A DNA stretch of 59,258 nucleotides, the filler included, from Sluysia triapertura (Eukaryota): assembly GCA_046118255.1 (NCBI GenBank). It is 5 parts of 5 records of this genome, joined end to end, with 100 filler letters (N's around TTAATTAATTAA, not from the genome) between each part and the next. Parts side by side here need not be neighbours in the genome. Positions count along the whole stretch, not along the records: positions 34,783 to 47,934 come from JBJNIA010056105.1; positions 48,035 to 59,258 come from JBJNIA010187180.1; 3 more parts are not named here. The stretch is one strand, 5' to 3'. The position numbers and the translations under genes are program-made. Within the stretch, counting starts at the first letter, position 1; each line of letters begins with the position of its first letter. Under the pieces are notes generated by a model. That model worked only from the letters and a program-made list of their open reading frames with translations. It had not been told where the DNA came from and did not search any database. Shown in pieces: positions 41,403-51,648 of this stretch.

Positions 41403-41456
41403 TGAAGGAGCAACGGTAACGAGGTATACTACACCTCAGTTATCGTTGTTGCTTCA
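41403..41456 (+). ncRNA. Candidate pre-miRNA-like hairpin
   Basis: TGAAGGAGCAACGGTAACGAGGT-atactac-ACCTCAGTTATCGTTGTTGCTTCA: about 22 pairs including 2 G.U, 1 bulge, 1 mismatch. Confidence 0.3.
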
Positions 41457-42369
41457 TTATAATGCAATGAATTCTTTAAAGCTCTATTATATTTATTTAT
41501 GAAAATGTGAGATTGATTTGAGCTGCAAGTAAATTAAAGAGTGCTAGAATGAACTCTTGAGGTTCATTGAAGGTTTTTAATGGAAAATGCGATTTATGTG
41601 TTGAATGTAATAGTTTAGAATGCTTGTTAAAATTTATAGTCTATTTGATTGTGTGAAGAAGCAATGGATTTAAATTAGCGTGATTGATCCGTGATTGTAG
41701 CGTGAATGTTTTCTATATTTAGGGTGCTTGTTAGTGTTGTTGGATAATTTGAATACGTTTGTAATTTAAATATTATGTATTATGATTATAACTTGGTTTG
41801 AGAGAATGACTACTGAGTAAACATTGTGAATTATTTTTCGTATTAATTATCGAAATATTGTAATGATTTTAATATTCGACGAATTGTTTTTAAGAAGTAT
41901 ATATTGTTGAATTGTTATGGATGTCGAATGTTGTTTTTGATGGATCGGTTAATGTATTGAATAGTATGAAATGTTGTGTTTTTTGTGGACTGATTGTTGT
42001 GGTTTGAATTTGTAAAGTGTGATTAATATTTAAAGTTGTGAGGTTTTGAGAAAATTTAGAGTTGTGGTTGTTGGCCACTTCATTGATGTTTGTTTGTGAT
42101 TGTCATAAGTTGATCTGAAGTTCACTACAAATATAAAAACAAATTTAAAGAAAATGGCAAATATTAGAAAAATTTTTAAACAAAGACTCGGATACTAAAT
42201 AATAAAATAAATTTTAACAGTGGAATATTGTACTCAATTTCATATAGAAAAAGATTAATTTCTCACACAACACCTTATCTTATAAAATTGCATTCGTTAT
42301 CTATAAAAACAAAAATAGAATTCAAACTCATGATAATAATTTATAAATGTATAATAATTTATAAATCCT

Positions 42370-42498
42370 GAATATATCTTGGAAATAAAAAAAATTGGCA
42401 TGTCTTTAAAATATAACAATAACAAGATATGTGGTAGGTTATAATTTTTAAAAATATACGAACAGAGAATGTTAGATTATTGGAAGATTATGAAATAG
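42370..42498 (+). mobile_element. L2-clade LINE fragment
   Basis: cagagaatgttagattattggaagattatgaaata matches the 35700 copy. Confidence 0.55.
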
Positions 42499-43466
42499 GT
42501 ATTCATTGCATATCATGCGAGTTCATTGGACCCATAAAATAGCAAATTTAATATTTTCATTAAATAGATTTATTTTAAAAGTCAAAACATATTACTGTTA
42601 AATAACTAGTGAAATTTACACTCGGGTCCATTAGATTCGACTAGTAAGAGAAAGGTTCATTTATTTCAATGTTTATTATTATTATTATTATTACTATTAT
42701 TTGCAGTATCATCAAAAAGACCCATGATTAATGCTAAATATTAACAATTATTGATATAAAAACAGTGTTTCAGCTGCAATATTAATTTTGATTACAATAT
42801 TAATTTAGCATCATCGAAATATTGATTTAGAGATAGGTGTTAGTTAAAATTATATATCTATAAATTCTCATTCGTTTCAGTTCAGTGAAGAAAGTAATCA
42901 AAATCAAGAACAAAATAAAACAGAAATATATAATATATATATAAAAAGTAAAAGTAAATTATTAAAACATAATCTTCAAAATAACTTTACTAATTTTAAA
43001 ATAAAATTAGAAATAAAACAAATATACAGTTTCTTAGTAATTGTAATTCTTTAATGGCTGAATTAATAAGACTTCAAAATCGTAAAAAAATAAAAATAAT
43101 CGTAATTGGTAAGACTGGAATAACAAAATACTAAAATAAAGATAAAAATGAAATAATATTACTAAATCAATATTTTTAGCTGTATTATTAACTATAGAAA
43201 GAAATTGGCCATAAAATTGTACAATGACACCGCAAAATTTATTTGGTATAAAGATAAAGAAAATTAGTGAAAATTATTAAAAATTAAATAAAATGAATAC
43301 AATCAAAAATATATCGTAAGTTAAATAATTTGAAACGTCTCATAATGTTAATGGATCAAAAATCAACTGGGAGTAAAAAAATTGAAATTGTCGGAAACCA
43401 GAATTTTAAAATCATATAAAATATATTATATTATTATAAATTTAATTATTGTTAATATTTTAAGTA

Positions 43467-43876
43467 CTTATTGACCAGATTTTTAGATGGGCAAAGCGGG
43501 ACAACTCTGAAGGAGGAGGAAGTATCAACAAAAATTTTCATACAGAATAAAAATAATATCGTAATATTTTTTATTTTTAACATAAGACTTACCGTAATTG
43601 TAATATTTATTTGTTTAATTAGCTTACTAGCACGCATTACGAACACGAAGTATATCATCTGAGACAAACACAATGTAACTGGGTAGCTAAAGCAATATGT
43701 TCGTTGTCGTAGCAAAACAATGATTTTCATAAATATAAAATTTAACTTAATTCTAAAAGTCGGGACATTTGAAAACGTCGCGGAACAAAGTGTGAAAAAT
43801 CGGGACTGTCCTGCCATGCGTAAATATCCGGCAATATTTTACGAATTTTAAAAATTTAACTTTTCTAGTCACCTTA
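43467..43876. mobile_element. hAT-Blackjack-like MITE
   Basis: TGACCAGATTTT...GCGGGACA at left; repeated CGGGAC motifs and AGTCACCTTA at right (Blackjack-type TAGGGTGACCA termini, decayed). Confidence 0.55.
43817..43867 (+). repeat. 51-bp perfect direct repeat shared with 47052-47102
   Basis: tgcgtaaatatccggcaatattttacgaattttaaaaatttaacttttcta is identical at both sites. Confidence 0.95.
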
Positions 43877-44299
43877 TATAATACACAAAATAATTTATAT
43901 TAAATTCAGATTGAATTGAAATATTATGCAATTAAAAATAAATAACATTATTCTCGTAAAAAATTAACTTAAATTAAAGATTTGATAGAATATGCAAAAT
44001 TATATGTAATCAAAATTTAAAAGCACTATAATTGAATAAAATCATTTTAAACAAAAAATCAATAACAGGATATGTAGTCAAATTTTAAGAACATTGTGTT
44101 AAAAACACAATATGAAATAAAAACTAATAGTAAAATTAATGGCTAGTAATAATTTTTGTACCTATTATTTGAATAATAGTAATATTTTTAACTATAATTA
44201 TCGGACTTATTGACTAATTCGTAACTACAATTATTTAATATATTGGATTTTTTGATCTAAAATAAATATAAATACAATAATTTTTGACATTGAATTAAC

Positions 44300-45100
44300 A
44301 AATTTCTATAACAATTCCGAAGATATTAGGACGATTTCGAAGAAACATTTGAACAATCCCATAATAATTCCCATAATAATATTTTTGGAATCAAAAATAT
44401 ATTGGAATATTTCGTGACAAATTGTCGCATGCCAGATAAGGATCATTTTCAGCCTTAAACTAAAAGATAATTAACTTTTCTGTTATGATTGATATTTTTA
44501 TTAAAATAAAATTTGAATTTAATATAATTATATTATAATTTATTTAATAAATATTCAGTATTACTTATTGTATTTTATTTTTGCATAAGATAAAACAAAG
44601 GAATTGATACTAGAGTCTATAGGATTAAACTGGGAATATAAGTAAGAGTATAATTATTATAAAATTCTATAAAAATTAGAATTAAGGTGGGACAAAATTT
44701 GTATAAATCAAGTAATATGAAATAGAATTATGCGTTTTCTTAAATATTAGAGTATGGATAGATATTTAAATCAATAAGTTTTCAAAATATTCAGCACTTC
44801 CATCCTGAATAACCAGGACGAGTATACCAGTTTATATCTTCAGACGAATTGTATAACTAATTAAAATAAAATTTAAGAACCTAATTAAAAGGTTTAGACA
44901 TAACACAAATTTTGAATTTTGTTAGAGTAACAGAGTAAAAAAATTTGTTTCATTAAAGAACATAAAATTTTTATGTTAACAAAAGATTATACTTCCAGTT
45001 GAATCCCCATGTAATAACATAAAGTGGGAATATTATTAAAGAAGTTCAGATTAAAACCAGAGACTAGGAGTTCATTACAACAAGCACACGCAAATTTTAT
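44300..45100 (-). pseudogene. Decayed EGF-like plus transmembrane gene fragment
   Basis: RPGYSGWKC (EGF tail motif) after an acceptor near 44857, then a hydrophobic block YIMGIIMGLFKCFFEIVLI. Confidence 0.3.
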
Positions 45101-45824
45101 AAAGAATCACATAACTTTTTAATTTTTTACAATTTCATCCACTAAATTTGTTTAAAATTATTTTGACCACAGATTTAATAAAAAATTATCAAAAATCAAA
45201 TTTCAATATTTAAACAAAACCTAATTTTGTTAAATAATAACTTTACATTTAATTTTTACTTATTTAAACTTATTTTGGTTATTATTTATAAAATTATTTT
45301 ATATTTCAGTCTTTAATACAAACTTTTACAACAAAATGAATATATTTTCTTTTATGATTTCTCTATTTGAATCTTATGGAAGAAATCTGGTACCAGTAAG
45401 TTGTATATAATTTTTTTTTAATTTATTCAGATGTTTCTGTTTATTTTGCTGTTTTCTTTTACGATAACATTGTATTTCGGTTTAATAAGATAATTAACAA
45501 AGTTTTATTATATTTAATTTTAATATTTGATGTTTATTTATTTATTTATTTTTTTTGTAATTTTAAAACTTTTAGAATGGATTATTTAAAATTTAAAATG
45601 TTTAATTCCAGTTAATTTAATATCCAATTTTTTTAATTTTAATCCTTACAAATAATATTATGAAATATCTGTGGAACTAATTATTTCTTTTTTAATTTGT
45701 AATTTAATGATTTATCTGTTACAAACAAAGTTAAAATCTTACATAATTTGTAATTTTCTGCTTTTAATGTTACTCAAATATCTGATTTGTAAAGTTCCAG
45801 TGTTTATTTTCAATATACATTTAA

Positions 45825-46040
45825 CCCTTTCAATACCGCGGAGATATATATAAGTCCCAGAGAATGTTATTTACTGCTGGGATATATTTATTCCATAATT
45901 AAACTACTGCATGGACATATGTGTTTCAAAAGCCATATTTTCTAAAAGTCTGAAATTATGTAAACATGTTCCTTTACTTATTCACAGCACATTTAATTCA
46001 ATTATACAAAAATATCTTCACTACCCAAAAGTCGAAAGGG
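45825..46040. mobile_element. piggyBac-like MITE, 216 bp
   Basis: TTAA|CCCTTTCAA ... TCGAAAGGG|TTAA: TTAA on both sides and CCCTTTC terminal inverted repeat. Confidence 0.75.
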
Positions 46041-46589
46041 TTAAGTAACTTAATAATTTGATTATTTTGTTTAATACAGAGCGTTGTTGTATTTCTTAGT
46101 ATGTAAAATAAATATTGAATCTAGACCGAAAAGAAAAGTTCTTAGCTTATGTTAATCAATTTACTATTTACTGCTACTAAATGCCTTAATCAATTCAATA
46201 GTGTCAAATGTAACCAATTTATTCCTAGAAAATTGAATACTTTAAACCTTAAATCTTGCAATTAATTATATAATTATTTCTTAAAGTTATTTTTTTAATG
46301 TAAACTGTAAAATGAATTGATGAACTGCTTTGTTTTAACTTAATTTTTATGAAATACTTGATATAAATTTTTAGTTTATTTACCACGATTCATATTTGAA
46401 TATAAACTTGATATAATTATTTTAATCGATATTATTATTAATGGATTTATTTTAGAGTTACTTTAGACAAGTTTCAATGAAACAACAATGTCACATGGAA
46501 ATACCTATTCAAACCACTTCGTATTTGATATTTGACAAATTAATTCGATATTTATTGTCTGTATTTTTTGCTAAACAAAATATTTCAAG

Positions 46590-46830
46590 AGTACGTGCAT
46601 TAAGTAATAGTATTAGCAATATGACAAGTTTTCATAATATTATTAATATTAATGGGGACAAAGAGTTATCTTTAATCGAAAAATGTTTAGAAGTTTTTGG
46701 AGATAAGTTTGAAAAATTTTGCAATGAACATTTACTGGTTATTGGTTTATTGAATAGCTTGAATAATTGTATACATATAACACTTTCTTTGACTCCTCAA
46801 ATTCGAGAAAATATTTTTGAGAATAATTCC
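46590..46830 (+). CDS. Probable internal exon of unknown protein (status unknown)
   Basis: Stop-free VRALSNSIS...ELSLIEKCLEVFGDKFEKFCNEHLL...IFENNS bounded by aag| and |gtaagt (46831). Confidence 0.3.
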
Positions 46831-47891
46831 GTAAGTACAGATATTTTTAGATCATATTAAAATGATTCATGGTTATTATAGTAATTTCAATTGTTTGTGT
46901 ATGTTAGAAATGCTTATAAATATTCAAGTCGCTTTTTAAAGTAAAAATCTTATCGTTAAAATTTGGATAAAAATTTTAATGAATAATGTAGAAAGATAAT
47001 ATTTTAAAATTATGTTATTACTTAAACGTCCGCATATTTATTTTGCCGCCGTGCGTAAATATCCGGCAATATTTTACGAATTTTAAAAATTTAACTTTTC
47101 TAAGAAAAATCAGTGTAAATTAATGATGCATTCACTTATTAAAGATATAGGCATACAAAGGTATCATTGCCACAGAGTTCAAAAATTTGTGGCCGGTGGT
47201 TTAGCGACAATAATGTACGGCCGGACCTTTAGGTGTTAATAAAGATACAGTAAACCATTTTAAGTAATATTCTAAACTTATTTAATTCGTATCTTTTATC
47301 TTTGTCATTAAAAATATATGTCAATATATTTTGTCTTTGTCTGGATTATGTCTTTATTATCTTTAGCTCTATTCTAAATTTTTAATGAAAAGCTGTTTAT
47401 TATTGTTATAGTGTTAAAATAAAAAAGAAAACGCTAAAAAATTAAAATTTTGGGTGGTAATTACAATTTAGTTAAATCAGTGACAAATAATATTTTTAAA
47501 TTAAGATTAAAAGATTTAATAAGGATTTTACCAGAATTAAGAAAGGATACTTAATTCCAATTATACTAGATTTTATTAATGATTTTATACACGCATTTAA
47601 ACCACCTTGAAAAATATTATAATATTTTTCTGTATTAATATTTTGTACAATAGATGTATTAAATATATTGAATAAAAACATTGATTGCCAGAGATGCTAA
47701 TGTTTTGGCATAAATATTTTGTCTTGCGTTTTTGGATATAATTTTAGTTAAATTTAAGTTATTTTTAATTTACATCATTATTTGCAAGCACTTTTTATAG
47801 TGCATTTACCATTTTGGCAGGCAAAAAGCGAATGATGTATTAATGCATTATTATTTTACACTTCTTTATTTGTTTTAACTTATTGTTATAA

Positions 47892-47934
<43 letters not shown>

Positions 47935-48034
47935 NNNNNNNNNNNNNNNNNNNNNNNNNNNNNNNNNNNNNNNNNNNNTTAATTAATTAANNNNNNNNNN
48001 NNNNNNNNNNNNNNNNNNNNNNNNNNNNNNNNNN
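47935..48034. other. Artificial contig linker
   Basis: Same structure. Confidence 0.97.
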
Positions 48035-48124
48035 AGTTTTTTCTGTTTCAGAAATACTATGGTGAATGATATACCATAAGCGCTTTTGAGTACTTTCGCG
48101 GTAGATATGAGAGCAATATAAATT
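48035..48124 (+). mobile_element. 3' end of L2-clade LINE (ORF2 stop plus 3' tail) followed by (ATT)n
   Basis: FFLFQKYYGE* then TAAGCGCTTTTGAGTAC...GAGCAATATAAATT, resembling the L2 tail AAGCGCTTTGAG...GCGCTATATAAAT, then a microsatellite. Confidence 0.7.
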
Positions 48125-48129
48125 ATATT

Positions 48130-48189
<60 letters not shown>

Positions 48190-48368
48190 GAATTTTTGAC
48201 AAATAGCATTTCAAAAAATCTTGTATGTCACACGTATGCAACAGAATAGCATAACTTACTTTTCAAAGTTCTCGCTCTTTTGTCGATACGCTCGTTATGT
48301 TATTCCATATGTTGTATCGCTTTATTATTTTTTAAATAAATAAATTTTTTACACAGTTCTTTATTGTC

Positions 48369-49491
48369 TTAGACTTCATAAAATGGACTGACCGGGGATC
48401 GAACTCGCTGCGCAGTTCGATGATTAAAAAACATGTATTAATATAATAGTTTTAGTATTTTCTTTCTTCTATTCAGAGACCTTGTAGGACATGGTCGCGG
48501 TATGCGTTATTCGACGAGGACTCCACAATACACTGTCCTTCCAGGGTTTTGATTTCGGTCTTGTTGAAGCATGACCCGAAGACTCCAATGTATCTAGAAA
48601 CACCTTGTACTTCAGTTGTTCCTGCAGTTTGTTCTACATATCAGCATACTTCTGAATATTGGTGGTTCGGGCTATTTCGAAGTTTTTCTTCAGGTCAATG
48701 GGGGTCTTGACATCAATCAAGAACAGTTGCGATGAGAAAGTACCGCGGGCCTGTATGTCAGGTCGTCGAGTGTCATCGATAATTGGTTTAGACGAATCCT
48801 TGATAACCGAGAATCCATTCTGAGTAATTTTATCCACTAGGTAGTTAAGGATTTTGTTATGCCGGACTGTTCTGGCTGTACTCGTGACATCGACAGAGCA
48901 TGTTTAGAAGGGATTCAGATTCGATGCCACACCATCGACATGATACTGGCAGATGGATACGTATGTTCTATGGACTTAAATTAAGACTAGGGATGTTTTT
49001 CTAGGCCTTGATCACAAACATCCATGCATTACTTTCCAGTTTAAGTGACAGGGATTTGTTGGAGAGTGGGTACTGCATGAGAGAGTCGACATAGATACCA
49101 CGGCACTTGAGAGATTTCCAGATATTGGTATTGCAAGTTCTGATCAGCTCGTGTAGATATTTGCCGACTTTGTTCTTGTGGTAGTGGCTAATGACGATTT
49201 GGTTGCCGCAAAGCACGTACGACTTCAGGGACAGTTGGACATTGTCAGAGCACGCTTATTCGAGGGCTTCCATTGAGCCATGCGAGAGATTGGGTCAGAT
49301 CCACAAAATCTCCATTCATCCGGCTGGCTATCCGTATAACTTCTCGATGTGCCAATGTGCGTATTATCGGTGTATAACTATTGAATAGTCTGAATGCACA
49401 TATCACGTTCTGATTCACGTGCTTTAACCACTGAGCGATTAGCCCGTTTAACAATTTTTAGATTATTATACCTTAGGCCTGTATCTCAACA
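48369..49491 (-). mobile_element. tRNA-containing LTR-like repeat, copy 6, split by the RLE retrotransposon
   Basis: Minus strand: gaca|TGTTGAGATACAGGCCTAAGG...AAAATTGTTAAAC GGGCTAATCGCTCAGTGGTTAAAGCA [insert] TCGAACTGC..GAGTTCGATCCCCGG TCAGTCCA TTTTATGAAGTCTAA|gaca. GACA flanks both sides (terminal CA lost). Confidence 0.8.
48423..49419 (-). mobile_element. 5'-truncated, decayed RLE-type non-LTR retrotransposon (NeSL/Utopia/R5-like)
   Basis: Minus-strand frames give QNVICAFRLFNS..., AWMFVIKA*KNIPSLN, degenerate zinc knuckle ICQYH..ESLLNMLCRC, RHNKILNYL, RRPDI...LIDVKTP...ARTTNIQKY, ...YRDHV, i.e. the RHN / PD..D-x-K restriction-like endonuclease. Contains stops and frameshifts. Confidence 0.9.
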
Positions 49492-50361
49492 TGTCTCACC
49501 AAATTCAGTTATGTTTGACCTCCCTAAATACAATCAACACTCAAACTGACTATCATTGATTAATTTTTATTGATTAATTATACTTTTATAATTTAATGAA
49601 TATTTGTTGATTAATTTTGTAATTATCTATTGGATTTTTATTAAAAGTAATTTTTTGATTATTAATTATTTAAAAATATTTAATTGATTAATTATTATCT
49701 AATTATTTTTAATGTGGTTTGCAAAAAATCATCTATTTTAATTTTTAATTCATAATTTTTGTTTCAATTCGTTCAAGGTCGAATTTCTACTGTTTAAACT
49801 TATAATTTTTGTAATTTCAAGACAATTTTTAAACATAATCACAACAAACAACCTTTTGTAAATCGGTGTTTTCTGAAGACTGTCATTCCAGTTCCACACG
49901 ATTTTCTGATATTTTGCAAACCACGTTAGTTTAATTATTTTAAGGTCGATATTGTATAGTATCATAAGGAAAATCCCACGTAAATTCTTTTGTTTAAAAC
50001 TTCTTGATCTTTTCATAGATCAATCGTAAAATATTATTTTAAAATTTTAACGATAGAAAATTAACGTGTACACTTAATTTAGGTAAAATATATATTTATA
50101 TTGTTATTGTATCGTTATATAATTCATTTTGAAACATCTTTTACGAATAAATTATATCAATTTTTTGATTTTCATTACAAATTACAAATTACATAGTTTA
50201 GTCATTCTTTATGGTTTCAACAAATTAACGAAATGGTGCAAAAACTTAACTAAAAGCAGCCTAGATTGGTCAACACATTCACCAACTGCTTCACCCTCCT
50301 CCAGACCTAGCACCCACTTATTTCTCAAATTCACTGATTCTTGTCCACCAAAATCTTATAC

Positions 50362-51038
50362 CAAAGGTTCGAAAACTATGGTACGAGTCCCCGAAAAGTT
50401 GGGGCGCGTGATAATAATTTTAAAATTGTTAGATTTTACAAAAAAAGCCTTTTTTCTTTGAATATTTTTTGTTGTTTTTTACCAATTCAAGTAATTCCAT
50501 CATCTAATTCCATAATTTACGGTCTTGATGTAGAACAATCATCGAGAATAAAGTTTCAAAGCAAATATACTTACAAATTCATAAAGCAATTATACATGTG
50601 CACTAGAGATGTTCTATTTTGGTATTCTGCTATTTTTTAGCTGTTAATTAAAAATAACATTAGCAGACACTGCTATCATAATCGCGAAATAGCAGCGACG
50701 TGCTGAAAAAAATATTAATATTTCACAGAAGTGAAATATATTAACAGACATAATATTGCACTTTTGATATAAAGAATTAAAATTTAATTTTGTTTCTTAT
50801 AAATTAAATATTATGAACAACAGTTCTAATTATTTAGCGTAAATAAAGATTTAATTAGAACTGTTGTTGTTCATAATATTTAATTTATAAGAAACAGAAA
50901 GCTACATTTTGTTATTAAAAAGGTGCTTATTTTATTTATGAAGTTTTTTTACAGTGCCATTATGATTTGTTTTTAAGTTGGGTGCGCCAAAAATAAATAT
51001 GTTGAAATGGGGGCGCAACTTAAGTTTGCGCATGCCTG
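50362..51038. mobile_element. Non-autonomous hAT (Charlie/Buster-like) element
   Basis: Left CAAAGGTTCGAAAACTATGG...GGGGCGCG; right GGGGGCGC..AAGTTTGCGCATGCCTG. Both 8-bp flanks have TA at positions 4-5 but are not identical, so the TSD is unconfirmed. Confidence 0.6.
50791..50896. repeat. ~42-bp-arm inverted repeat inside the hAT element
   Basis: tgtttcttataaattaaatattatgaacaacagttctaatta versus its reverse complement with one extra CAA unit; ~19-nt spacer. Confidence 0.9.
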
Positions 51039-51457
51039 GTATAGAATACAATCTACATTATTTGAATTTGATTTTACAAGAGTGATTCAAATAGTACTGA
51101 TTTAAATTTCGCAAACACCTTAAAATCGATAAATCACTTATTATTCTTGTTGTTAGTTGTAATTAGGGTAAAATAATTAATATAAACATCTTGGATTGGT
51201 ATTTCAATAGGATTTATAGCTTCTGAATTTCGATACCTTCATTTTTATTAACTTATTAAATTATCTTTTCATATATTAAAAATCGTACCAGTTTACATCT
51301 TTGTTGCAATCCAACCAATCATTTACATTATCTCTGTCACTTTGTGGGTTGTTACTCATAATTAAAAAATTTAATATCGAAAATTTAATATTGAAAATAA
51401 AAATATATAAAATAATTATCTAAAATTCAAATAATAGAGGTTTTGTGAAAAATCGTG

Positions 51458-51648
51458 TACAGTAATCCCCCTACAACATGGTACTCTTATAATGCGATTT
51501 CATGTCCCTCGAATAGCACGTGTGTTTTCCATATATTGTGTTAATTGTGTTATGAAATTAATAAAACTCACATATTTCGTTCATAACATAGTTTTTCTAT
51601 AACGTGGAACCAATCTACCGTATATAATAAAAACGGAATAACCATGTT
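51458..51648. mobile_element. Decayed pogo/Tigger-like MITE
   Basis: TA|CAGTAATCCCCC left end and TATAACG-like internal motifs; right end poorly preserved. Confidence 0.35.

Noticed and set aside
45825-46040. EGF-like cysteines (KGTCL) on the minus strand
   Set aside because: Lies within a piggyBac-like MITE with TTAA flanks; likely chance.
49191-49388. Plus-strand 65-aa ORF
   Set aside because: Antisense shadow of the RLE element.
49420-49454. N-terminus MLNGLIAQWLKH of ORF 49245..49454 as retroelement protein
   Set aside because: It is the translated tRNA 5' half and leader flanking the truncated element.
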